The position numbers were made by a program, and so were the translations under genes. Positions 19,516 through 27,400 of a stretch of 64,000 nucleotides of DNA are shown one piece after another (within the stretch, counting starts at the first letter, position 1; each line of letters starts with the position of its first letter). The notes beneath the pieces were generated by a model. That model had not been told where the DNA came from. It made no database searches and saw only the letters and a program-made list of their open reading frames with translations. The DNA lies in NCBI GenBank assembly GCA_000999095.1, contig LCFP01000007.1, positions 5,013 to 69,012 of the forward strand, given 5' to 3'. The DNA is from Candidatus Gottesmanbacteria bacterium GW2011_GWA2_43_14 (lineage in GTDB: Bacteria > Patescibacteriota > Microgenomatia > 2-02-FULL-39-11).

Positions 19516-20949
19516 TTACTGGTTTCGAAAAACGACGCCTTCTCTTTCAGGACTAAAAGAAGTGAAGGTAACTGGGACTTCAGCAATTTCACTGATACGG
19601 TCCAAATAATTCTGCGCGTTTTCAGGCAACTGTTCCCAGTCTTTGATTCCGGGTTGAATTTCTTCCCATCCCGGTAATGTTTCGTATTTCAGATCTTCCG
19701 GTTCCCAATATTTTGTATCATCAACCCTGTGAATGGTTTCAACCCATTGACCGTCAATTTTATAAGCCACGCATATTTGCGGTTCCAGTCCCGATAAAAT
19801 ATCTAGCTTTGTGACTGCTATTTCAGTCATTCCAGACGATTTTGCTGCGTACTTAAGCAATACTCCGTCAAGCCAGCCTACTCTTCTTGGCCGGCCGGTA
19901 GTTGTCCCATATTCATCCCAGGGATTAGCACCAGTTCCGCGGAGTTTCCAGGCAATTTCGTCCGATAATTCTGTCGGAAAAGGCCCTCCACCGACTCTTG
20001 TCTGGAAAGCTTTGGTTACTCCGATTACTCGGTCAAATCTGGAAGAAGGAATATTAAACGATTCTTCCATACCGATCGGACCTGGGTGACTCGAGGTTAC
20101 AAAAGGATATGTACCCCCTGTTAAATCAAGTAGATGGCCTTGAGCACCTTCTCCAAGTCCATCCTTTCCATGATTTAGTAGATTATGAGCTCTCGTAATA
20201 GTATCACCCATATATGGTTTAATTTGCCCCAATTGTTTTCTTAGGGTTTCAGTTTCTTTTTTTATATCCAATGGCTCGTCTGAAGTTGCTGCCTGTAATA
20301 AATTCAGATATCTTTGTTCAGACGCACTTAGATTTTGTGATGAAGCTTTATCAGTCAATATTTCAATAGTCTCAGCAACTCCGGGGTGTTGAGCCATCGC
20401 TCTAATTAATGGGATTCTCTCTTCAAAATAATTTTTTAGGTCAGTATCGAAATTTGCATTTTCAAACCAACCCATTTCCGGCCCTCGGCGGGATGTTCTT
20501 TGGGTATAAGCAGGTCCGATGCCCCTTAATGTTGTTCCAATTTTTCCTCCCTGCACGGCTTCTTTAAGGGCATCTTCCATTAACATGTCCTTTGTAATGA
20601 TTCTGGTATGGTTATCAATTAAGTACCTGTCAGGGTCCACGTCAATATTTCTATTATGTAGCATATTCAATTCATCAAGTAAGGTAGTTGGATTTACAAC
20701 CACTCCTCTTCCGATCATGACAGCCAATTCCGGTCTGACAATAGCAGATGGAGTTAAATGCAATTTAAATATTTCTTTTCCGACAGTGACAGTATGGCCG
20801 GCATTATCACCGCCCCCGTATCTTGCTACCCAATCGGCGTTTTGTGAAAGTAGATCTACCATTCTTCCTTTACCCTCATCACCCCATTGAGTACCTACAA
20901 TGACATCTAATTTTCCTTGTCCTGGCAGTCGATCTGGATTTACCGGCAT
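19516..20949 (-). CDS. Divergent second adenylosuccinate synthetase paralog (477 aa).
   Basis: GTQWGDEGKGR, GHTV and TTGRPRRVGW are purA motifs. There are long insertions relative to the purA at 16473, and the local sequence is AT-rich. Confidence 0.75.
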   Translation of the reverse strand: MPVNPDRLPGQGKLDVIVGTQWGDEGKGRMVDLLSQNADWVARYGGGDNAGHTVTVGKEIFKLHLTPSAIVRPELAVMIGRGVVVNPTTLLDELNMLHNRNIDVDPDRYLIDNHTRIITKDMLMEDALKEAVQGGKIGTTLRGIGPAYTQRTSRRGPEMGWFENANFDTDLKNYFEERIPLIRAMAQHPGVAETIEILTDKASSQNLSASEQRYLNLLQAATSDEPLDIKKETETLRKQLGQIKPYMGDTITRAHNLLNHGKDGLGEGAQGHLLDLTGGTYPFVTSSHPGPIGMEESFNIPSSRFDRVIGVTKAFQTRVGGGPFPTELSDEIAWKLRGTGANPWDEYGTTTGRPRRVGWLDGVLLKYAAKSSGMTEIAVTKLDILSGLEPQICVAYKIDGQWVETIHRVDDTKYWEPEDLKYETLPGWEEIQPGIKDWEQLPENAQNYLDRISEIAEVPVTFTSFSPEREGVVFRNQ

Positions 20950-21131
20950 AAAATATATCTCCTGTTAAATTTTAAGCGTTATGAAATATAGGGGGCAGAA
21001 TTAGAACTATATATAAACTTTTATGATTGTTACGTCAATAGTCTTGTATGATTGGAAAGAACGGATTAGGCGATCAGGGTAATCAGCAGAGACATGTTTT
21101 GATCCTGTTGCATCCAGATGTTATGGATTGA

Positions 21132-21201
21132 CAAAAGTAATTGATATTTTGATTGGAGGTTTAAGGTCGGGCGTGAGCTATTCAGGCACCCGCATTACAT
21201 G
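21132..21201 (+). pseudogene. Fragment of about 22 codons duplicating the 3' end of the IMPDH-family gene at 17714-18799.
   Basis: 21153-21193 is about 90% identical to 18661-18700 (LIGGLRSGVSYSG versus LIGGLRSGMSYSG). An upstream in-frame TGA sits at 21129-21131, and there is no start codon. Confidence 0.6.
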
Positions 21202-21304
21202 AAAACTTCCGTAGATTTTGAATTATTGACTTCCGTTCTCACGTTTTCTATTATATCTTAGTTTATCTTTCCTGCTTGTTTTAATTTCACCTTAAACTTT
21301 ATAT

Positions 21305-22069
21305 ATGACTGTTATCGCAGAGACACTTACTCCAAGAATAGAATTAAATGTTGTTTCTCCTGATAAAAATAATTTACCACTTCACGGTTTAGAAGTAATT
21401 ATCGGAAATCACGATTTTATATTGCCTTATATTGATGTGGCAAAAAAGGGGGAAGGTCATACTTTAATTCCCTTTTTTGATCCCAGACCGGCAGTTAATC
21501 ATGATTTAATGTTGGCTGGTGCAAGGGAGTTGGCCATCGGATTAGTTAATTCAGGAGCAGATGTTGTTTTTACTCCAAAATCAAAAAAATCCGTACCTAT
21601 GATAATAGAAACAGTAAAAATTGCGGGTGAGATATCCGGTAAAAAGATAAAGTTATTTGTAATAAAAAGGGGACTGCTTTCTGATTTTGATGAAACAGAT
21701 GAAAAACCGATAGATTTTGAAACTATTACTCCTCCATATAAGAAATATATGGCTTTAAGTAAAGTTCAGACTTTAGAGATACAACAAATGCAGAAAGAAT
21801 TTATAAATCAGGGAAGAAAAATAAATGCAGTCATAGCTGATGATGTTATCAGTCGTGGGGGTACGGTTAGGGCATTAAGAAAGGTAGTTGGTAAGGTGTT
21901 AAATTATGAAGATTTTGAAATTCCTGCTTATGCTGTAATCCAGGAATTTCCGATTACTTGGGGATTGGGGCAGATACCCGGTGGGCCCAAAATTGATGGA
22001 GGAATATGGACTCCTGAACCGCAGGAATATAATTATCCCGCCATTATGACTCCGGTCATCATAGGATAA
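21305..22069 (+). CDS. Type I phosphoribosyltransferase-fold protein (254 aa).
   Basis: AVIADDVISRGGTVRAL matches the PRPP-binding motif (hhhhDDhhxxGGT). It lies in a purine context. Confidence 0.5.
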   Translation: MTVIAETLTPRIELNVVSPDKNNLPLHGLEVIIGNHDFILPYIDVAKKGEGHTLIPFFDPRPAVNHDLMLAGARELAIGLVNSGADVVFTPKSKKSVPMIIETVKIAGEISGKKIKLFVIKRGLLSDFDETDEKPIDFETITPPYKKYMALSKVQTLEIQQMQKEFINQGRKINAVIADDVISRGGTVRALRKVVGKVLNYEDFEIPAYAVIQEFPITWGLGQIPGGPKIDGGIWTPEPQEYNYPAIMTPVIIG

Positions 22070-22071
22070 AT

Positions 22072-22296
22072 ATGCCTAATACGAGTGAATTTCCTTCATC
22101 TTTATATAAAATTTACGGAAGTGAAATTCCAGGGGGTGTAGTTGCTCCATGTGGATCATGCGGCCAACCGGATGCGCAACTTGCGGCGACCAGAATAATT
22201 TATCAACCAACTGAAGCCGGGAAATTTTTTGGAGCGGAACTAAAATCAGAAATTATTTCCGGCGGACATTCAGGTTGCAAAGGGAACGGTGGGTAG
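22072..22296 (+). CDS. Small hypothetical protein (74 aa).
   Basis: It is tightly coupled, starting 2 nt after the PRTase stop. There is no homology evidence. Confidence 0.25.
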   Translation: MPNTSEFPSSLYKIYGSEIPGGVVAPCGSCGQPDAQLAATRIIYQPTEAGKFFGAELKSEIISGGHSGCKGNGG

Positions 22297-22353
22297 AGTG
22301 AATAAAAAATTAATTGACATAGGTTATTTTATAGGCTAGAAGTAATAGCAATT

Positions 22354-23634
22354 ATGCAGGTTGAATTAACTTCTTTTAATTTAGAGAAAGCTATAGGATT
22401 GCCTCCGGAAGGAATAATTTTCACCCGACCTGAAGTGGCAACTATTAATCCGTTTCTGTTTTCGTCGGATGAATTCAGGACCCGTTTGGTTTTAAAAGAT
22501 GATCAAGTCGCATTTGACCCGGTATTTTTGTATGACTTGTTCGTTATTTCCCAAGCTATTGATGAAACAATAAATCAGAATGCCTCAGTTTTTCCGGATA
22601 TAAAGGACCAGGTGGGGAAGGGAGAATTCCGAGAACTGGTCAGACTGCATGATTCTGAAAAAATGAAGCAGGTGCAGAAAAATTTCATACGCACTCTTAA
22701 AACAGCCCGGGAAGACGTTGAAGAACAGGGACGAAAAGTGGTCATGGCTTTTCCTATATGGGGGTCACTGGCTATCATGAGGGCCATGGAGCGGGAACAA
22801 ATACCTCAGGAAGTTCTTCAACCTGCGGATATATCAGGATCACTGGGTACTGAAACAGGACACGCCAAAGCGGAAAAACTTGCTCCTGAATTGTTGGATC
22901 CTGAGAAAGTCGTTTTTTTCCCGGATGATATCTTTGACACCTGCGTAACTTTAATTGAATTAGGTATTGAAAGAGCAAAAGTAAAAGTAGCAAGAAATGG
23001 GTTAAAAATAAATCACGATATTTTTCAGGACGTTGAAGCTTTCGAGGATAAAATGAGATTAGCCAGAAAAGGTTTATTATCGCAAGAAGAGACGGTCAAA
23101 GTCTGGAAGGATTTGGCAGAATTGTTATGGGAAGTAGATATAATTTCTGCCCCTTTTTCAATTAAAAATCCGCCTTTTGCTGATGCGGTTATTACACTTT
23201 CAACTAAAGTTTGGAAGGATCCTGATTCTTCGGATTGGGACAGAAAGAAAGCAGCAATTCAAGGACAACTGATGTTTCAAACTCATTACATTAATCCGGA
23301 CAACTGGATCATCGGCGGGCGATGGGAAGGAATTCCTTTATTGGATACGAAAGTTAGCGGAAAGACTGTCATGGATTTACTTGCCCGAGATCAGGAAAAG
23401 TATTTGATCACAGAAAAACAATTAAGAAACCTTCAGCAAGCCGGGCTAGACATTCTGAGCTTCAGGGCATTTTCCGGATTGGACGGTTTGTGGGTATTTA
23501 ATCCGGATGGTTTAAACGTAGATAAAGTTAGTGATAATTTCGACAGGGATCTGCTTCCTGAAAATCAGTTGGTTCAGCTTTATGCGGGGTATATTTCAGC
23601 CTATGCTCAAAAACGCTGGCCTGAAATAAATTAA
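22354..23634 (+). CDS. Hypothetical protein (426 aa).
   Basis: A long ORF in the cluster with no recognisable domains. There is a weak PRTase-like patch, VVFFPDDIFDTCVTL. Confidence 0.5.
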   Translation: MQVELTSFNLEKAIGLPPEGIIFTRPEVATINPFLFSSDEFRTRLVLKDDQVAFDPVFLYDLFVISQAIDETINQNASVFPDIKDQVGKGEFRELVRLHDSEKMKQVQKNFIRTLKTAREDVEEQGRKVVMAFPIWGSLAIMRAMEREQIPQEVLQPADISGSLGTETGHAKAEKLAPELLDPEKVVFFPDDIFDTCVTLIELGIERAKVKVARNGLKINHDIFQDVEAFEDKMRLARKGLLSQEETVKVWKDLAELLWEVDIISAPFSIKNPPFADAVITLSTKVWKDPDSSDWDRKKAAIQGQLMFQTHYINPDNWIIGGRWEGIPLLDTKVSGKTVMDLLARDQEKYLITEKQLRNLQQAGLDILSFRAFSGLDGLWVFNPDGLNVDKVSDNFDRDLLPENQLVQLYAGYISAYAQKRWPEIN

Positions 23635-23717
23635 CGGAAGATTTTTTGCCATTAAAGATCTGATTGTTTATACTTTCGTATTAAAAGTTTAATAGATTAC
23701 TTAAATCATTAAATAAT

Positions 23718-25262
23718 ATGCCTCAAGAGGCAGTTAAACCTTTTTATAAACGCCATGACGAATATCTTCGGAATCAGCATGAAACCGGTCTGCCTCCGGT
23801 CGGTTTAACCTTTGAGGATACTCTTATTTTGCCCGCACATTCAACAATTCCTTCAAGAAAGGACGGAAGCATCAGTTTACTTTCACATATTGCCGTAGAT
23901 GTTTATGTGAATTCTCCTATCATGACATCAAATATGGATACGATTACGGAGTGGCGGATGGCTGAAAGAGTGGCATTGTTGGGAGGAGTGGGAGTGATAC
24001 ACCGCTATTTAACATCAGATGAACAGGCGAGACAGGTTAAGCTGGTAAAGGACAGGACGCGTACTTTTCAGGACCGACCTTTTTCCGTTTATCCAGAAGC
24101 AACCATAAAAGATATGAGGAAATTGCAGAAAGATCATAAAACCGGATATTTTTTGGTTCAGGATTTGGAAAATAACCTTTTAGGAATTGTGACTGACAGG
24201 GATTTGGAAAGTACCGATGACCATCATACCCAGGCATTTAATATAATGACACCCCGTGATCAGTTGGTTACAGTTCCGGAAGGTACAACTCCTGAAGAGG
24301 CTGAAAATGTGATGAAAGTGTATAGAAAACAGAAAGTGCCGGTTTTGTCTGCTGACGGAAAAGTCGTGGGAGTATATACCAGAAAAGATTTTGAATTGGC
24401 AAAGAAATACCCGAGCGCTTCCAGGGACAAAAAAGGTAAGTTAATTGTTGGGGCAGCTGTCGGAGTAAAAGACGCAGATGCTGAAACTGAAAGGGCTTAT
24501 AAATTGGTGGATGCGGGCGTTGATTTTCTTATCATCGATATCGCGCACGGTGACAGTGAAAACATGATGAAAATGCTTAAAAGATTAACCAAAGATAAAT
24601 ATATTAATGTCCCTGTTATTGCCGGTAATATCGCTACCGGTGAAGCGGCAGAGGCATTAATCGGGGAGGGAGCTGATGGATTAAAGGTAGGAATAGGGCC
24701 TGGTTGGGCTTGTGATACCAGAGTTGTTGCAGGTGTGGGAAGGGCTCAGTTATCAGCTATAGCCAGTGTTGCGGCCGTGGCTGTTGGTAAAAATATTGCA
24801 GTTATTGCCGATGGGGGAATGCGGAACCCGGGGGATCTGGTTAAAGCGCTGGTTGCCGGAGCTGATATCGGCATGTTTGGAGGAATGTTCGCGGGTACGG
24901 AAGAAACCCCGGGTATAATAATAAAAAGAGGCAATAAAAAATATAAAAGATACGTAGGAATGGCATCAAGGGAAGCTAGAAAGAGGGCTAAATACGCACA
25001 ACAACCTGTTCAAACAATCGGACTGTATGAAGATCGTTTTTCTGATCAGGATGCAGAGGATGAAGAGCCTGCTCCCGAAGGAAGGGAAAAAGAAATACCT
25101 TTCCGCGGACCTGCAACTGATGTCTTTAAATTTATTGAAGGTGGTGTCAGATCGGGCATGAGCTATATTGATGCAAAAACTATCCCTGAAATAAGGGAAA
25201 AAGGAGAATTGGAAAGAATTACTCAAGCGGGTGCGACAGAACAATACGGTGATATAAGTTAG
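23718..25262 (+). CDS. Divergent IMP dehydrogenase-like protein with a CBS pair (514 aa).
   Basis: GGVGVIHRY and a CBS segment GIVTDRDL. The catalytic loop is GIGPGWACDTR, with the Cys retained. There is a large acidic insertion near the C-terminus. Confidence 0.7.
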   Translation: MPQEAVKPFYKRHDEYLRNQHETGLPPVGLTFEDTLILPAHSTIPSRKDGSISLLSHIAVDVYVNSPIMTSNMDTITEWRMAERVALLGGVGVIHRYLTSDEQARQVKLVKDRTRTFQDRPFSVYPEATIKDMRKLQKDHKTGYFLVQDLENNLLGIVTDRDLESTDDHHTQAFNIMTPRDQLVTVPEGTTPEEAENVMKVYRKQKVPVLSADGKVVGVYTRKDFELAKKYPSASRDKKGKLIVGAAVGVKDADAETERAYKLVDAGVDFLIIDIAHGDSENMMKMLKRLTKDKYINVPVIAGNIATGEAAEALIGEGADGLKVGIGPGWACDTRVVAGVGRAQLSAIASVAAVAVGKNIAVIADGGMRNPGDLVKALVAGADIGMFGGMFAGTEETPGIIIKRGNKKYKRYVGMASREARKRAKYAQQPVQTIGLYEDRFSDQDAEDEEPAPEGREKEIPFRGPATDVFKFIEGGVRSGMSYIDAKTIPEIREKGELERITQAGATEQYGDIS

Positions 25263-25292
25263 ATATGAAAGTTGCCAAGTCACAGAGTTTTT

Positions 25293-25420
25293 GGTAAGAT
25301 AATCTCTACTTTCAGAAACCGGGAAGCTCCTGTCCCGACTTAGTCGGGACTCCGGTTTTCAGATAAAGGAGATGAACTTGATTTTGCGGCAGAGTATACC
25401 TCTGTCGTTTTTTTAATAAA
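25293..25420 (+). repeat. Copy A of a ~128-bp structured direct repeat.
   Basis: It is about 93% identical to 25859-25990. It contains the hairpin GTCCCGA..TCGGGAC, an AAGGAG-ATG mini-ORF, and the hairpin CAGAG..CTCTG followed by T7. Confidence 0.85.
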
Positions 25421-25473
25421 AGTAGAGTAGGGTTGATCAGAAATTTACGTCAAATTTCGTGATATAATGTCTG

Positions 25474-25854
25474 TTGATGGGAATTACAAAAGTAAAATTA
25501 ATAATTAAGAATCCGCAGAATCTGAGGCTTAAAATGGAAGGTGATTTTATGGTTGATTCGGGTGCTCATTATACCGTATTGACCGAGAATTTTGTTAAGA
25601 AACTTAATCTCAAGCCGTCTTTTGAACAAGAGTTTGTGTTGGCCGACGGCAATACGGTAAAAAGACCGGTTGGATCAGCGGTGATCAGGTATGGGGACCG
25701 GGAGTTGTACGTACCGGTTGTTTTGGGAGAAAAACAGGACGAGTCGCTTTTAGGGGTGACTACACTGGAAGCTTTTGGTTTGATGCTTGATCCTTTCCGC
25801 CGGAAAATCTATCCAAGCAAATTAATGCTGGGACAGTTGCGGTATATTAGGTAA
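25474..25854 (+). CDS. Retropepsin-like (clan AA) aspartic protease (126 aa).
   Basis: DSGA active-site motif (FMVDSGAHYTVL) and GVTTLEAFG near the C-terminus. It is flanked by direct repeats. Confidence 0.6.
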   Translation: MMGITKVKLIIKNPQNLRLKMEGDFMVDSGAHYTVLTENFVKKLNLKPSFEQEFVLADGNTVKRPVGSAVIRYGDRELYVPVVLGEKQDESLLGVTTLEAFGLMLDPFRRKIYPSKLMLGQLRYIR

Positions 25855-25858
25855 TCTG

Positions 25859-25990
25859 GTAAGATAATCTTTACTTTCAGAAACCGGGAAGCTCCTGTCC
25901 CGACTTAGTCGGGACTCCGGTTTTCAGATAAAGGAGATGAACTTAAATTTTACGGCAGAGTTTATCTCTGTCGTTTTTTTATTAAAAATA
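25859..25990 (+). repeat. Copy B of the ~128-bp structured repeat, sitting in the rpsB leader.
   Basis: See copy A. It ends 18 nt before the rpsB ATG. Its mini-ORF runs into the rpsB start. Confidence 0.85.
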
Positions 25991-26007
25991 GCCGTGGAGG
26001 ATTTATC

Positions 26008-26901
26008 ATGAAAGAAATATCTTTGACAGAACTCCTGGAAGCAGGCTGCCATTTCGGGCACAAAGTCACCCGCTGGCACCCGAAGGCATCTGTATTTATC
26101 TATCAGCCGCGTGAAGGCGTCCATATTATCGATCTGGTCAAAACCAAACAGGGATTGCAGAAGGCAGCCGAGTTTGTCTATGAACTGGGCAAATCAGGCA
26201 AAATTTTACTTTTGGTCGGCTCAAAAAGACAGGCAAAGGGAGTTGTCTCCGAAGCGGCCAAAAGGGTCGGCCTTCCCTTTATGACCAACCGTTGGATCGG
26301 CGGCTTCATCACCAATTGGGAAGAGGTGAAAAAAAACATCGACAAGATGAATAACTGGCGCAAAGACAGGGATTCAAAAGTCTGGGACCAGTATCCGAAG
26401 CATGAGGTGGTCAAGTTGGGCAAACTCCTACGCCAGGTGGAATCAGTTTACAGCGGAGTCGAAAGCCTGACCCGCGTTCCCGACGCTGTTTTTATCGTCG
26501 ACATCAACAAGGAAGTGGCCGCTCTAAGGGAAGCAACCAGGCGCAAGGTCGATGTGGTGGCTATCGTTGACACCAATGCCAATCCGACCCTGGTCGACTA
26601 CCCGGTTCCGGCCAATGACGATGCCGTAGGCTCGATCCAGTTTCTGGTTAATTATCTGGTTGAAGCATACGATGAGGGCAGGAAATTGAGTCAGAAAGCG
26701 GAAGCTAAAAAAGCCGGAGTCAAAGAGCCGGAAAAGGAGCTTAATGCGGAAGAAAAAAAAGCAGTGGTAGAGGAGGTAAAACCGAAAGAGGATATAAAAG
26801 CCAAACCTGAAAAAAAAGAGCTTAAAAAAGAACCTCCAGCCAAAATAAAGAAGGCGAAAAAACCGGTAAAAAAAGCTGCCGTAAAGAAGGGAGCCAAATA
26901 A
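26008..26901 (+). CDS. rpsB: 30S ribosomal protein S2 with a ~60-aa Lys-rich C-terminal extension.
   Basis: CHFGHKVTRWHPK and related S2 core motifs, plus a KKAKKPVKKAAVKK tail. Confidence 0.9.
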   Translation: MKEISLTELLEAGCHFGHKVTRWHPKASVFIYQPREGVHIIDLVKTKQGLQKAAEFVYELGKSGKILLLVGSKRQAKGVVSEAAKRVGLPFMTNRWIGGFITNWEEVKKNIDKMNNWRKDRDSKVWDQYPKHEVVKLGKLLRQVESVYSGVESLTRVPDAVFIVDINKEVAALREATRRKVDVVAIVDTNANPTLVDYPVPANDDAVGSIQFLVNYLVEAYDEGRKLSQKAEAKKAGVKEPEKELNAEEKKAVVEEVKPKEDIKAKPEKKELKKEPPAKIKKAKKPVKKAAVKKGAK

Positions 26902-26957
26902 TACCTGTTTCAATTGACGACATCAAAAAACTGCGGGAAAAGACCGGCGGAGGAGTC

Positions 26958-27362
26958 ATGGAATGCCGCAAAGCCCTTGAAGAAACCAAAGGAGATTTTA
27001 AAAAAGCCGAGGCGCTTCTGACCAAATGGGGGATAGAACGGTCTGAAAAAAAGGTTGACCGCGAAACCAAAGCCGGGCACATCGATTCCTATATCCATGC
27101 CGGAGGCAAGGTCGGGGTTCTTCTGGAACTTCTTTGCGAGACGGATTTTGTGGCCAGGACCGATGATTTTAAGAGACTTTCACACGAATTGTGTCTGCAA
27201 ATTTCCAGCATGGAACCAAAAGACGTAAAGACACTTCTAAAGCAGGAATATATCCGTGACCCGAAAATAAAAATTGAGGATTTGGTAAAGGCGGTAATCG
27301 GTAAACTTGGAGAAAACATTACCATTGCCCGTTTCACCCGCTTCAAACTCGGCGAAAAATAA
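26958..27362 (+). CDS. tsf: Elongation factor Ts, short form.
   Basis: MECRKALEETKGDFKKAEALL is the EF-Ts N-terminal domain, and TDFVAR is present. The in-frame upstream codons (SIDDIKKLREKTGGGV, 26910-26957) also look like EF-Ts but contain no canonical start. Confidence 0.7.
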   Translation: MECRKALEETKGDFKKAEALLTKWGIERSEKKVDRETKAGHIDSYIHAGGKVGVLLELLCETDFVARTDDFKRLSHELCLQISSMEPKDVKTLLKQEYIRDPKIKIEDLVKAVIGKLGENITIARFTRFKLGEK

Positions 27363-27365
27363 ATC

Positions 27366-27400
27366 AACCTGGGAGGTAGCGCAGATACGCAACCTAGGGG
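27366..27400 (+). repeat. REP-like palindromic element, copy 1.
   Basis: AACCTGGGAGGTAGCGCAGATACGCAACCTAGGGG, located between the convergent genes tsf and the TraD-like gene. Confidence 0.7.

Noticed and set aside
26524-27098. Phe/Leu-rich minus-strand ORFs of 62-129 aa across the rpsB 3' end and the tsf 5' end.
   Set aside because: They are antisense to the Lys-rich (AAA/AAG) rpsB tail, so they are artefactual poly-Phe frames.
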